From positions 35,836,001 through 35,900,000 of the forward strand of contig OZ024758.1 in NCBI GenBank assembly GCA_964016885.1: a stretch of 64,000 nucleotides of DNA, given 5' to 3'. Position numbers and translations under genes: made by a program. This document shows positions 38,701 to 52,100 of this stretch, piece after piece (position 1 is the stretch's first letter; every line of letters starts with the position of its first letter). The notes under the pieces are model-generated. The model had not been told where the DNA came from. It saw only the letters and a program-made list of their open reading frames with translations, and did not search any database. This DNA comes from Eledone cirrhosa. Lineage: Eukaryota.

Positions 38701-41700
38701 TCATGGTACTAGCTGTCAGAAGTAACCCCAATGTTGGTGAGAATTCATTTAAGTTCATGGTATTAGCTGTCAGAAGTCACTCCAATGTTGGTGAGAATTC
38801 ATTTAAGTTCATGGTATTAGCTGTCAGAAGTAACTCCACTGTTGGTGAGAATTCATTTAAGTTCATGCTACTAGCTGTCAGAAGTAACTCCTATGTTGGT
38901 GAGAATTCATTTAAGTTCATGGTATTAGCTGTCAGAAGGAACTCCACTGTTGCTGAGAATTCATTTAAGTTCATGGTATTAGCTGTCAGAAGTAACTCCA
39001 CTGTTGGTGATAATTCATTTAAGTTCATGGTGCTAGCTGTCAGAAGTAACTCCACTGTTGGTGAGAATTCATTTAAGTTCATGGTATTAGCTGTCAGAAG
39101 TAACTCCACTGTTGGTGAGAATTCATTTAAGTTCATGGTATTAGCTGACAGAAGTCACTCCACTGTTGGTGAGAATTCATTTAAGTTCATGGTACTAGCT
39201 GTCAGAAGTAACTCCAATGTTGGTGAGAATTCATTTAAATTCATGGTATTAGCTGTCAGAAGTAACTCCACTGTTGGTGAGAATTCATTTAAGTTCATGG
39301 TATTAGCTGTCAGAAGTAACTCCACTGTTGGTGAGAATTCATTTAAGTTCATGGTATTAGCTGTCAGAAGTAACTCCACTGTTGGTGAGAATTCATTTAA
39401 GTTCATGGTACTAGCTGTCAGAAGTAACTCCAATGTTGGTGAGAATTCATTTAAGTTCATGGTATTAGCTGTCAGAAGTAACTCCACTGTTGGTGAGAAT
39501 TCATTTAAGTCATGGTATTAGCTGTCAGAAGTAACTCCACTGTTGGTGAGAATTCATTTAAGTTCATGGTACTAGCTGTCAGAAGTAACTCCACTGTTGG
39601 TGAGAATTCATTTAAGTTCATGGTATTAGCTGTCAGAAGTAACTCCACTGTTGGTGAGAATTCATTTAAGTTCATGGTACTAGCTGTCAGAAGTAACTCC
39701 AATGTTGGTGAGAATTCATTTAAGTTCATGGTATTAGCTGTCAGAAGTAACTCCACTGTTGGTGAGAATTCATTTAAGTTCATGGTATTAGCTGTCAGAA
39801 GTAACTCCACTGTTGGTGAGAATTCATTTAAGTCATGGTATTAGCTGTCAGAAGTAACTCCAATGTTGGTGAGAATTCATTTAAGTCATGGTACTAGCTG
39901 TCAGAAGTAACTCCAATGTTGGTGAGAATTCATTTAAGTTCATGGTATTAGCTGTCAGAAGTAACTCCACTGTTGGTGAGAATTCATTTAAGTTCATGGT
40001 ATTAGCTGTCAGAAGTAACTCCACTGTTGGTGAGAATTCATTTAAGTTCATGGTATTAGCTGTCAGAAGTAACTCCACTGTTGGTGAGAATTCATTTAAG
40101 TTCATGGTACTAGCTGTCAGAAGTAACTCCAATGTTGGTGAGAATTCATTTAAGTTCATGGTACTAGCTGTCAGAAGTAACTCCACTGTTGGTGAGAATT
40201 CATTTAAGTTCATGGTATTAGTTTGTCAGAAGTAACTCCACTGTTGGTGAGAATTCATTTAAGTCATGGTATTAGTTGTCAGAAGTAACTCCAATGTTGG
40301 TGAGAATTCATTTAAGTTCATGGTATTAGCTGTCAGAAGGAACTCCACTGTTGGTGAGAATTCATTTAAGTTCATGGTATTAGCTGTCAGAAGGAACTCC
40401 AATGTTGGTGAGAATTCATTTAAGTCATGGTACTAGCTGTCAGAAGTAACTCCACTGTTGGTGAGAATTCATTTAAGTTCATGGTATTAGCTGTCAGAAG
40501 GAACGCCACTGTTGGTGAGAATTCATTTAAGTTCATGGTATTAGCTGTCAGAAGTAACTCCACTGTTGGTGAGAATTCATTTAAGTTCATGGTACTAGCT
40601 GTCAGAAGTAACTCCAATGTTGGTGAGAATTCATTTAAGTTCATGGTATTAGCTGTCAGAAGGAACTCCACTGTTGGTGAGAATTCATTTAAGTTCATGG
40701 TATTAGCTGTCAGAAGTAACTCCACTGTTGGTGAGAATTCATTTAAGTCATGGTATTAGCTGTTAGAAGTAACTCCATTGTTGGTGAGAATTCATTTATG
40801 TCATGGTACTAGCTGTCAGAAGTAACTCCAATGTTGGTGAGAATTCATTTAAGTCATGGTACTAGCTGTCAGAAGTAACTCCAATGTTGGTGAGAATTCA
40901 TTTAAGTTCATGTTATTAGCTGTCAGAAGGAACTCCACTGTTGGTGAGAATTCATTTAAGTTCATGGTATTAGCTGTCAGAAGTAACTCCACTGTTGGTG
41001 AGAATTCATTTAAGTTCATGGTATTAGCTGTCAGAAGTAACTCCACTGTTGGTGAGAATTCAGTTAAGCCATGGTATTAGCTGTCAGAAGTAATTCCAAT
41101 GTTGGTGAGAATTCATTTAAGTTCATGGTATTAGCTGTCAGAAGTAACTCCACTGTTGGTGAGAATTCATTTAAGTTCATGGTATTAGCTGTCAGAAGTA
41201 ACTCCACTGTTGGTGACAATTCATTTAAGTCATGGTACTAGCTGTCAGAAGTAACTCCAATGTTGGTGAGAATTCATTTAAGTTCATGGTACTAGCTGTC
41301 AGAAGTAACTCCACTGTTGGTGAGAATTCATTTAAGTTCATGGTATTAGTTTGTCAGAAGTAACTCCACTGTTGGTGAGAATTCATTTAAGTCATGGTAT
41401 TAGCTGTCAGAAGTAACTCCAATGTTGGTGAGAATTCATTTAAGTCATGGTACTAGCTGTCAGAAGTAACTCCAATGTTGGTGAGAATTCATTTAAGTTC
41501 ATGGTATTAGCTGTCAGAAGTAACTTCACTGTTGGTGAGAATTCGTTTAAGTTCATGGTATTAGCTGTCAGAAGTAACTCCACTGTTGGTGAGAATTCAT
41601 TTAAGTTCATGGTATTAGCTGTCAGATGTAACTCCACTGTTGGTGAGAATTCATTTAAGTTCATGGTATTAGCTGTCAGAAGTAACTCCACTGTTGGTGA

Positions 41701-44700
41701 GAATTCATTTAAGTTCATGGTATTAGCTGTCAGAAGTAACTCCACTGTTGGTGAGAATTCATTTAAGTTCATGGTACTAGCTGTCAGAAGTAACTCCAAT
41801 GTTGGTGAGAATTCATTTAAGTTCATGGTATTAGCTGTCAGAAGTAACTCCACTGTTGGTGAGAATTCATTTAAGTCATGGTATTAGCTGTCAGAAGTAA
41901 CTCCACTGTTGGTGAGAATTCATTTAAGTTCATGGTATTAGCTGTCAGAAGTAACTCCACTGTTGGTGAGAATTCATTTAAGTTCATGGTACTAGCTGTC
42001 AGAAGTAACTCCAATGTTGGTGAGAATTCATTTAAGTTCATGGTATTAGCTGTCAGAAGTAACTCCACTGTTGGTGAGAATTCATTTAAGTCATGGTATT
42101 AGCTGTCAGAAGTAACTCCACTGTTGGTGAGAATTCATTTAAGTTCATGGTATTAGCTGTCAGAAGTAACTCCACTGTTGGTGAGAATTCATTTAAGTTC
42201 ATGGTATTAGCTGTCAGAAGTAACTCCACTGTTGGTGAGAATTCATTTAAGTTCATGGTATTAGTTTGTCAGAAGTAACTCCACTGTTGGTGAGAATTCA
42301 TTTAAGTCATGGTATTAGTTGTCAGAAGTAACTCCAATGTTGGTGAGAATTCATTTAAGTTCATGGTACTAGCTGTCAGAAATAACTCCACTGTTGGTGA
42401 GAATTCATTTAAGTTCATGGTAATAGCTGTCAGAAGTAACTCCACTGTTGGTGAGAATTCATTTAAGTCATGGTATTAGCTGTCAGAAGTAACTCCAATG
42501 TTGGTGAGAATTCATTTAAGTCATGGTACTAGCTGTCAGAAGTAACTCCAATGTTGGTGAGAATTCATTTAAGTTCATGGTATTAGCTGTCAGAAGTAAC
42601 TCCACTGTTGGTGAGAATTCATTTAAGTTCATGGTATTAGCTGTCAGAAGTAACTCCACTGTTGGTGAGAATTCATTTAAGTCATGGTATTAGCTGTCAG
42701 AAGTAACTCCAATGTTGGTGAGAATTCATTTAAGTTCATGGTATTAGCTGTCAGAAGTCACTCCACTGTTGGTGAGAATTCATTTAAGTTCATGGTACTA
42801 GCTGTCAGAAGTAACCCCAATGTTGGTGAGAATTCATTTAAGTTCATGGTATTAGCTGTCAGAAGTCACTCCAATGTTGGTGAGAATTCATTTAAGTTCA
42901 TGGTATTAGCTGTCAGAAGTAACTCCACTGTTGGTAAGAATTCATTTAAGTTCATGGTATTAGCTGTCAGAAGTAACTCCACTGTTGGTGAGAATTCATT
43001 TAAGTTCATGGTATTAGCTGTCAGAAGGAACGCCACTGTTGGTGAGAATTCATTTAAGTTCATGGTATTAGCTGTCAGAAGTAACTCCACTGTTGGTAAG
43101 AATTCATTTAAGTTCATGGTATTAGCTGTCAGAAGTAACTCCACTGTTGGTGAGAATTCATTTAAGTTCATGCTACTAGCTGTCAGAAGTAACTCCTATG
43201 TTGGTGAGAATTCATTTAAGTTCATGGTATTAGCTGTCAGAAGGAACTCCACTGTTGCTGAGAATTCATTTAAGTTCATGGTATTAGCTGTCAGAAGTAA
43301 TTCCACTGTTGGTGATAATTCATTTAAGTTCATGGTGCTAGCTGTCAGAAGTAACTCCACTGTTGGTGAGAATTCATTTAAGTTCATGGTATTAGCTGTC
43401 AGAAGTAACTCCACTGTTGGTGAGAATTCATTTAAGTTCATGGTATTAGCTGACAGAAGTCACTCCACTGTTGGTGAGAATTCATTTAAGTTCATGGTAC
43501 TAGCTGGCAGAAGTAACCCCAATGTTGGTGAGAATTCATTTAAGTTCATGGTATTAGCTGTCAGAAGTCACTCCAATGTTGGTGAGAATTCATTTAAGTT
43601 CATGGTATTAGCTGTCAGAAGTAACTCCACTGTTGGTGAGAATTCATTTATGTTCATGGTATTAGTTTGTCAGAAGTAACTCCACTGTTGGTGAGAATTC
43701 ATTTAAGTCATGGTATTAGTTGTCAGAAGTAACTCCAATGTTGGTGAGAATTCATTTAAGTTCATGGTATTAGCTGTCAGAAGGAACTCCACTGTTGGTG
43801 AGAATTCATTTAAGTTCATGGTATTAGCTGTCAGAAGGAACTCCAATGTTGGTGAGAATTCATTTAAGTCATGGTACTAGCTGTCAGAAGTAACTCCACT
43901 GTTGGTGAGAATTCATTTAAGTTCATGGTATTAGCTGTCAGAAGGAACGCCACTGTTGGTGAGAATTCATTTAAGTTCATGGTATTAGCTGTCAGAAGTA
44001 ACTCCACTGTTGGTGAGAATTCATTTAAGTTCATGGTACTAGCTGTCAGAAGTAACTCCAATGTTGGTGAGAATTCATTTAAGTTCATGGTATTAGCTGT
44101 CAGAAGGAACTCCACTGTTGGTGAGAATTCATTTAAGTTCATGGTATTAGCTGTCAGAAGTAACTCCACTGTTGGTGAGAATTCATTTAAGTCATGGTAT
44201 TAGCTGTCAGAAGTAACTCCATTGTTGGTGAGAATTCAATTAAGTCATGGTACTAGCTGTCAGAAGTAACTCCAATGTTGGTGAGAATTCATTTAAGTTC
44301 ATGTTATTAGCTGTCAGAAGGAACTCCACTGTTGGTGAGAATTCATTTAAGTTCATGGTATTAGCTGTCAGAAGTAACTCCACTGTTGGTGAGAATTCAT
44401 TTAAGTTCATGGTATTAGCTGTCAGAAGTAACTGCACCGTTGGTGAGAATTCATTTAAGTTCATGGTACTAGCTGTCAGAAGTAACTCCAATGTTGGTGA
44501 GAATTCATTTAAGTTCATGGTATTAGCTGTCAGAAGTAACTCCACTGTTGGTGAGAATTCATTTAAGTTCATGGTATTAGCTGTCAGAAGTAACTCCACT
44601 GTTGGTGAGAATTCATTTAAGTTCATGGTATTAGCTGTCAGAAGTAACTCCACTGTTGGTGAGAATTCATTTAAGTTCATGGTACTAGCTGTCAGAAGTA

Positions 44701-46120
44701 ACTCCAATGTTGGTGAGAATTCATTTAAGTTCATGGTATTAGCTGTCAGAAGTAACTCCACTGTTGGTGAGAATTCATTTAAGTCATGGTATTAGCTGTC
44801 AGAAGTAACTCCACTGTTGGTGAGAATTCATTTAAGTTCATGGTATTAGCTGTCAGAAGTAACTCCACTGTTGGTGAGAATTCATTTAAGTTCATGGTAC
44901 TAGCTGTCAGAAGTAACTCCAATGTTGGTGAGAATTCATTTAAGTTCATGGTATTAGCTGTCAGAAGTAACTCCACTGTTGGTGAGAATTCATTTAAGTT
45001 CATGGTATTAGCTGTCAGAAGTAACTCCACTGTTGGTGAGAATTCATTTAAGTCATGGTATTAGCTGTCAGAAGTAACTCCACTGTTGGTGAGAATTCAT
45101 TTAAGTTCATGGTATTAGCTGTCAGAAGTAACTCCACTGTTGGTGAGAATTCATTTAAGTTCATGGTATTAGCTGTCAGAAGTAACTCCACTGTTGGTGA
45201 GAATTCATTTAAGTTCATGGTATTAGTTTGTCAGAAGTAACTCCACTGTTGGTGAGAATTCATTTAAGTCATGGTATTAGTTGTCAGAAGTAACTCCAAT
45301 GTTGGTGAGAATTCATTTAAGTTCATGGTACTAGCTGTCAGAAATAACTCCACTGTTGGTGAGAATTCATTTAAGTTCATGGTAATAGCTGTCAGAAGTA
45401 ACTCCACTGTTGGTGAGAATTCATTTAAGTCATGGTATTAGCTGTCAGAAGTAACTCCAATGTTGGTGAGAATTCATTTAAGTCATGGCACTAGCTGTCA
45501 GAAGTAACTCCAATGTTGGTGAGAATTCATTTAAGTTCATGGTATTAGCTGTCAGAAGTAACTCCACTGTTGGTGAGAATTCATTTAAGTTCATGGTATT
45601 AGCTGTCAGAAGTAACTCCACTGTTGGTGAGAATTCATTTAAGTCATGGTATTAGCTGTCAGAAGTAACTCCAATGTTGGTGAGAATTCATTTAAGTTCA
45701 TGGTATTAGCTGTCAGAAGTCACTCCACTGTTGGTGAGAATTCATTTAAGTTCATGGTACTAGCTGTCAGAAGTAACCCCAATGTTGGTGAGAATTCATT
45801 TAAGTTCATGGTATTAGCTGTCAGAAGTCACTCCAATGTTGGTGAGAATTCATTTAAGTTCATGGTATTAGCTGTCAGAAGTAACTCCACTGTTGGTAAG
45901 AATTCATTTAAGTTCATGGTATTAGCTGTCAGAAGTAACTCCACTGTTGGTGAGAATTCATTTAAGTTCATGGTATTAGCTGTCAGAAGGAACGCCACTG
46001 TTGGTGAGAATTCATTTAAGTTCATGGTATTAGCTGTCAGAAGTAACTCCACTGTTGGTGAGAATTCATTTAAGTTCATGCTACTAGCTGTCAGAAGTAA
46101 CTCCAATGTTGGTGAGAATT
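29741..46120. repeat. Satellite sub-domain III (915 / 1,078 / 1,994 / ~4,360-4,520 / 2,962 bp duplications)
   Basis: Diagnostic variants: CTCCTATG (~30545, 31459, 32537, 34531, 38888, 43193), GGTGCTAG (~30685, 31600, 32678, 34672, 39029, 43334), AGAAATAAC (~29837, 30752, 31559, 37860, 38289, 42378, 45340), CAGATGTAAC (~37105, 41623). ORF offsets: 915 (30143/31058), 1078 (31058/32136), 1994 (32318/34312), 4357 (34534/38891), 4518 (36922/41440), 2962 (42093/45055). Confidence 0.83.
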
Positions 46121-49100
46121 CATTTAAGTCATGGTACTAGCTGTCAGAAGTAACTCCACTGTTGGTGAGAATTCATTTAAGTTCATGGTATTAGCTGTCA
46201 GAAGGAACGCCACTGTTGGTGAGAATTCATTTAAGTTCATGGTATTAGCTGTCAGAAGTAACTCCACTGTTGGTGAGAATTCATTTAAGTTCATGGTACT
46301 AGCTGTCAGAAGTAACTCCAATGTTGGTGAGAATTCATTTAAGTTCATGGTATTAGCTGTCAGAAGGAACTCCACTGTTGGTGAGAATTCATTTAAGTTC
46401 ATGGTATTAGCTGTCAGAAGGAACTCCAATGTTGGTGAGAATTCATTTAAGTCATGGTACTAGCTGTCAGAAGTAACTCCACTGTTGGTGAGAATTCATT
46501 TAAGTTCATGGTATTAGCTGTCAGAAGGAACGCCACTGTTGTTGAGAATTCATTTAAGCTCATGGTATTAGCTGTCAGAAGTAACTCCACTGTTGGTGAG
46601 AATTCATTTAAGTTCATGGTACTAGCTGTCAGAAGTAACTCCAATGTTGGTGAGAATTCATTTAAGTTCATGGTATTAGCTGTCAGAAGGAACTCCACTG
46701 TTGGTGAGAATTCATTTAAGTTCATGGTATTAGCTGTCAGAAGTAACTCCACTGTTGGTGAGAATTCATTTAAGTCATGGTATTAGCTGTCAGAAGTAAC
46801 TCCATTGTTGGTGAGAATTCATTTAAGTCATGGTACTAGCTGTCAGAAGTAACTCCAATGTTGGTGAGAATTCATTTAAGTTCATGGTATTAGCTGTCAG
46901 AAGGAACTCCACTGTTGGTGAGAATTCATTTAAGTTCATGGTATTAGCTGTCAGAAGTAACTCCACTGTTGGTGAGAATTCATTTAAGTTCATGCTACTA
47001 GCTGTCAGAAGTAACTCCAATGTTGGTGAGAATTCATTTAAGTTCATGGTATTAGCTGTCAGAAGTAACTCCACTGTTGGTGAGAATTCAGTTAAGCCAT
47101 GGTATTAGCTGTCAGAAGTAACTCCAATGTTGGTGAGAATTCATTTAAGTTCATGGTATTAGCTGTCAGAAGTAACTCCACTGTTGGTGAGAATTCATTT
47201 AAGTTCATGGTATTAGCTGTCAGAAGTAACTCCACTGTTGGTGAGAATTCATTTAAGTTCATGGTACTAGCTGTCAGAAGTAACTCCACTGTTGGTGAGA
47301 ATTCATTTAAGTTCATGGTATTAGTTTGTCAGAAGTAACTCCACTGTTGGTGGGAATTCATTTAAGTCATGGTATTAGTTGTCAGAAGTAACTCCACTGT
47401 TGGTGAGAATTCGTTTAAGTTCATGGTATTAGCTGTCAGAAGTAACTCCACTGTTGGTGAGAATTCATTTAAGTTCATGGTATTAGCTGTCAGAAGTAAC
47501 TCCACTGTTGGTGAGAATTCATTTAAGTTCATGGTATTAGCTGTCAGAAGTAACTCCACTGTTGGTGAGAATTCATTTAAGTTCATGGTATTAGCTGTCA
47601 GAAGGAACTCCAATGTTGGTGAGAATTCATTTAAGTCATGGTACTAGCTGTCAGAAGTAACTCCACTGTTGGTGAGAATTCATTTAAGTTCATGGTATTA
47701 GCTGTCAGAAGGAACGCCACTGTTGGTGAGAATTCATTTAAGTTCATGGTACTAGCTGTCAGAAGTAACTCCACTGTTGGTGAGAATTCATTTAAGTTCA
47801 TGGTACTAGCTGTCAGAAGTAACTCCAATGTTGGTGAGAATTCATTTAAGTTCATGGTATTAGCTGTCAGAAGGAACTCCACTGTTGGTGAGAATTCATT
47901 TAAGTTCATGGTATTAGCTGTCAGAAGTAACTCCACTGTTGGTGAGAATTCATTTAAGTCATGGTATTAGCTGTCAGAAGTAACTCCATTGTTGGTGAGA
48001 ATTCATTTAAGTCATGGTACTAGCTGTCAGAAGTAACTCCAATGTTGGTGAGAATTCATTTAAGTTCATGGTATTAGCTGTCAGAAGGAACTCCACTGTT
48101 GGTGAGAATTCATTTAAGTTCATGGTATTAGCTGTCAGAAGTAACTCCACTGTTGGTGAGAATTCATTTAAGTTCATGCTACTAGCTGTCAGAAGTAACT
48201 CCAATGTTGGTGAGAATTCATTTAAGTTCATGGTATTAGCTGTCAGAAGTAACTCCACTGTTGGTGAGAATTCAGTTAAGCCATGGTATTAGCTGTCAGA
48301 AGTAACTCCAATGTTGGTGAGAATTCATTTAAGTTCATGGTATTAGCTGTCAGAAGTAACTCCACTGTTGGTGAGAATTCATTTAAGTTCATGGTATTAG
48401 CTGTCAGAAGTAACTCCACTGTTGGTGAGAATTCATTTAAGTTCATGGTACTAGCTGTCAGAAGTAACTCCACTGTTGGTGAGAATTCATTTAAGTTCAT
48501 GGTATTAGTTTGTCAGAAGTAACTCCACTGTTGGTGGGAATTCATTTAAGTCATGGTATTAGTTGTCAGAAGTAACTCCAATGTTGGTGAGAATTCATTT
48601 AAGTTCATGGTACTAGCTGTCAGAAGTAAATCCACTGTTGGTGAGAATTCATTTAAGTTCATGGTATTAGCTGTCAGAAGTAACTCCACTGTTGGTGAGA
48701 ATTCATTTAAGTCATGGTATTAGCTGTCAGAAGTAACTCCAATGTTGGTGAGAATTCATTTAAGTCATGGTACTAGCTGTCAGAAGTAACTCCAATGTTG
48801 GTGAGAATTCATTTAAGTTCATGGTATTAGCTGTCAGAAGTAACTCCACTGTTGGTGAGAATTCGTTTAAGTTCATGGTATTAGCTGTCAGAAGTAACTC
48901 CACTGTTGGTGAGAATTCATTTAAGTTCATGGTATTAGCTGTCAGAAGTAACTCCACTGTTGGTGAGAATTCATTTAAGTTCATGGTATTAGCTGTCAGA
49001 AGTAACTCCACTGTTGGTGAGAATTCATTTAAGTTCATGGTATTAGCTGTCAGAAGGAACTCCAATGTTGGTGAGAATTCATTTAAGTCATGGTACTAGC

Positions 49101-52100
49101 TGTCAGAAGTAACTCCACTGTTGGTGAGAATTCATTTAAGTTCATGGTATTAGCTGTCAGAAGGAACGCCACTGTTGGTGAGAATTCATTTAAGTTCATG
49201 GTACTAGCTGTCAGAAGTAACTCCACTGTTGGTGAGAATTCATTTAAGTTCATGGTATTAGCTGTCAGAAGTCACTCCAATGTTGGTGAGAATTCATTTA
49301 GGTTCATGGTATTAGCTGTCAGAAGTCACTCCACTGTTGGTGAGAATTCATTTAAGTTCATGGTACTAGCTGGCAGAAGTAACCCCAATGTTGGTGAGAA
49401 TTCATTTAAGTTCATGGTATTAGCTGTCAGAAGTCACTCCAATGTTGGTGAGAATTCATTTAAGTTCATGGTATTAGCTGTCAGAAGTAACTCCACTGTT
49501 GGTGAGAATTCATTTATGTTCATGGTATTAGTTTGTCAGAAGTAACTCCACTGTTGGTGAGAATTCATTTAAGTCATGGTATTAGTTGTCAGAAGTAACT
49601 CCAATGTTGGTGAGAATTCATTTAAGTTCATGGTATTAGCTGTCAGAAGGAACTCCACTGTTGGTGAGAATTCATTTAAGTTCATGGTATTAGCTGTCAG
49701 AAGGAACTCCAATGTTGGTGAGAATTCATTTAAGTCATGGTACTAGCTGTCAGAAGTAACTCCACTGTTGGTGAGAATTCATTTAAGTTCATGGTATTAG
49801 CTGTCAGAAGGAACGCCACTGTTGGTGAGCATTCATTTAAGTTCATGGTATTAGCTGTCAGAAGTAACTCCACTGTTGGTGAGAATTCATTTAAGTTCAT
49901 GGTACTAGCTGTCAGAAGTAACTCCAATGTTGGTGAGAATTCATTTAAGTTCATGGTATTAGCTGTCAGAAGGAACTCCACTGTTGGTGAGAATTCATTT
50001 AAGTTCATGGTATTAGCTGTCAGAAGTAACTCCACTGTTGGTGAGAATTCATTTAAGTCATGGTATTAGCTGTCAGAAGTAACTCCATTGTTGGTGAGAA
50101 TTCAATTAAGTCATGGTACTAGCTGTCAGAAGTAACTCCAATGTTGGTGAGAATTCATTTAAGTTCATGTTATTAGCTGTCAGAAGGAACTCCACTGTTG
50201 GTGAGAATTCATTTAAGTTCATGGTATTAGCTGTCAGAAGTAACTCCACTGTTGGTGAGAATTCATTTAAGTTCATGGTATTAGCTGTCAGAAGTAACTG
50301 CACCGTTGGTGAGAATTCATTTAAGTTCATGGTACTAGCTGTCAGAAGTAACTCCAATGTTGGTGAGAATTCATTTAAGTTCATGGTATTAGCTGTCAGA
50401 AGTAACTCCACTGTTGGTGAGAATTCATTTAAGTTCATGGTATTAGCTGTCAGAAGTAACTCCACTGTTGGTGAGAATTCATTTAAGTTCATGGTATTAG
50501 CTGTCAGAAGTAACTCCACTGTTGGTGAGAATTCATTTAAGTTCATGGTACTAGCTGTCAGAAGTAACTCCAATGTTGGTGAGAATTCATTTAAGTTCAT
50601 GGTATTAGCTGTCAGAAGTAACTCCACTGTTGGTGAGAATTCATTTAAGTCATGGTATTAGCTGTCAGAAGTAACTCCACTGTTGGTGAGAATTCATTTA
50701 AGTTCATGGTATTAGCTGTCAGAAGTAACTCCACTGTTGGTGAGAATTCATTTAAGTTCATGGTACTAGCTGTCAGAAGTAACTCCAATGTTGGTGAGAA
50801 TTCATTTAAGTTCATGCTACTAGCTGTCAGAAGTAACTCCAATGTTGGTGAGAATTCATTTAAGTTCATGGTATTAGCTGTCAGAAGTAACTCCACTGTT
50901 GGTGAGAATTCATTTAAGTCATGGTATTAGCTGTCAGAAGTAACTCCACTGTTGGTGAGAATTCATTTAAGTTCATGGTATTAGCTGTCAGAAGTAACTC
51001 CACTGTTGGTGAGAATTCATTTAAGTTCATGGTACTAGCTGTCAGAAGTAACTCCACTGTTGGTGAGAATTCATTTAAGTTCATGCTACTAGCTGTCAGA
51101 AGTAACTCCAATGTTGGTGAGAATTCATTTAAGTTCATGGTATTAGCTGTCAGAAGTAACTCCACTGTTGGTGAGAATTCAGTTAAGCCATGGTATTAGC
51201 TGTCAGAAGTAACTCCAATGTTGGTGAGAATTCATTTAAGTTCATGGTATTAGCTGTCAGAAGTAACTCCACTGTTGGTGAGAATTCATTTAAGTTCATG
51301 GTATTAGCTGTCAGAAGTAACTCCACTGTTGGTGAGAATTCATTTAAGTTCATGGTACTAGCTGTCAGAAGTAACTCCACTGTTGGTGAGAATTCATTTA
51401 AGTTCATGGTATTAGTTTGTCAGAAGTAACTCTACTGTTGGTGGGAATTCATTTAAGTCATGGTATTAGTTGTCAGAAGTAACTCCAATGTTGGTGAGAA
51501 TTCATTTAAGTTCATGGTACTAGCTGTCAGAAGTAAATCCACTGTTGGTGAGAATTCATTTAAGTTCATGGTATTAGCTGTCAGAAGTAACTCCACTGTT
51601 GGTGAGAATTCATTTAAGTCATGGTATTAGCTGTCAGAAGTAACTCCAATGTTGGTGAGAATTCATTTAAGTCATGGTACTAGCTGTCAGAAGTAACTCC
51701 AATGTTGGTGAGAATTCATTTAAGTTCATGGTATTAGCTGTCAGAAGTAACTCCACTGTTGGTGAGAATTCGTTTAAGTTCATGGTATTAGCTGTCAGAA
51801 GTAACTCCACTGTTGGTGAGAATTCATTTAAGTTCATGGTATTAGCTGTCAGAAGTAACTCCACTGTTGGTGAGAATTCATTTAAGTTCATGGTATTAGC
51901 TGTCAGAAGTAACTCCACTGTTGGTGAGAATTCATTTAAGTTCATGGTATTAGCTGTCAGAAGGAACTCCAATGTTGGTGAGAATTCATTTAAGTCATGG
52001 TACTAGCTGTCAGAAGTAACTCCACTGTTGGTGAGAATTCATTTAAGTTCATGGTATTAGCTGTCAGAAGGAACGCCACTGTTGGTGAGAATTCATTTAA

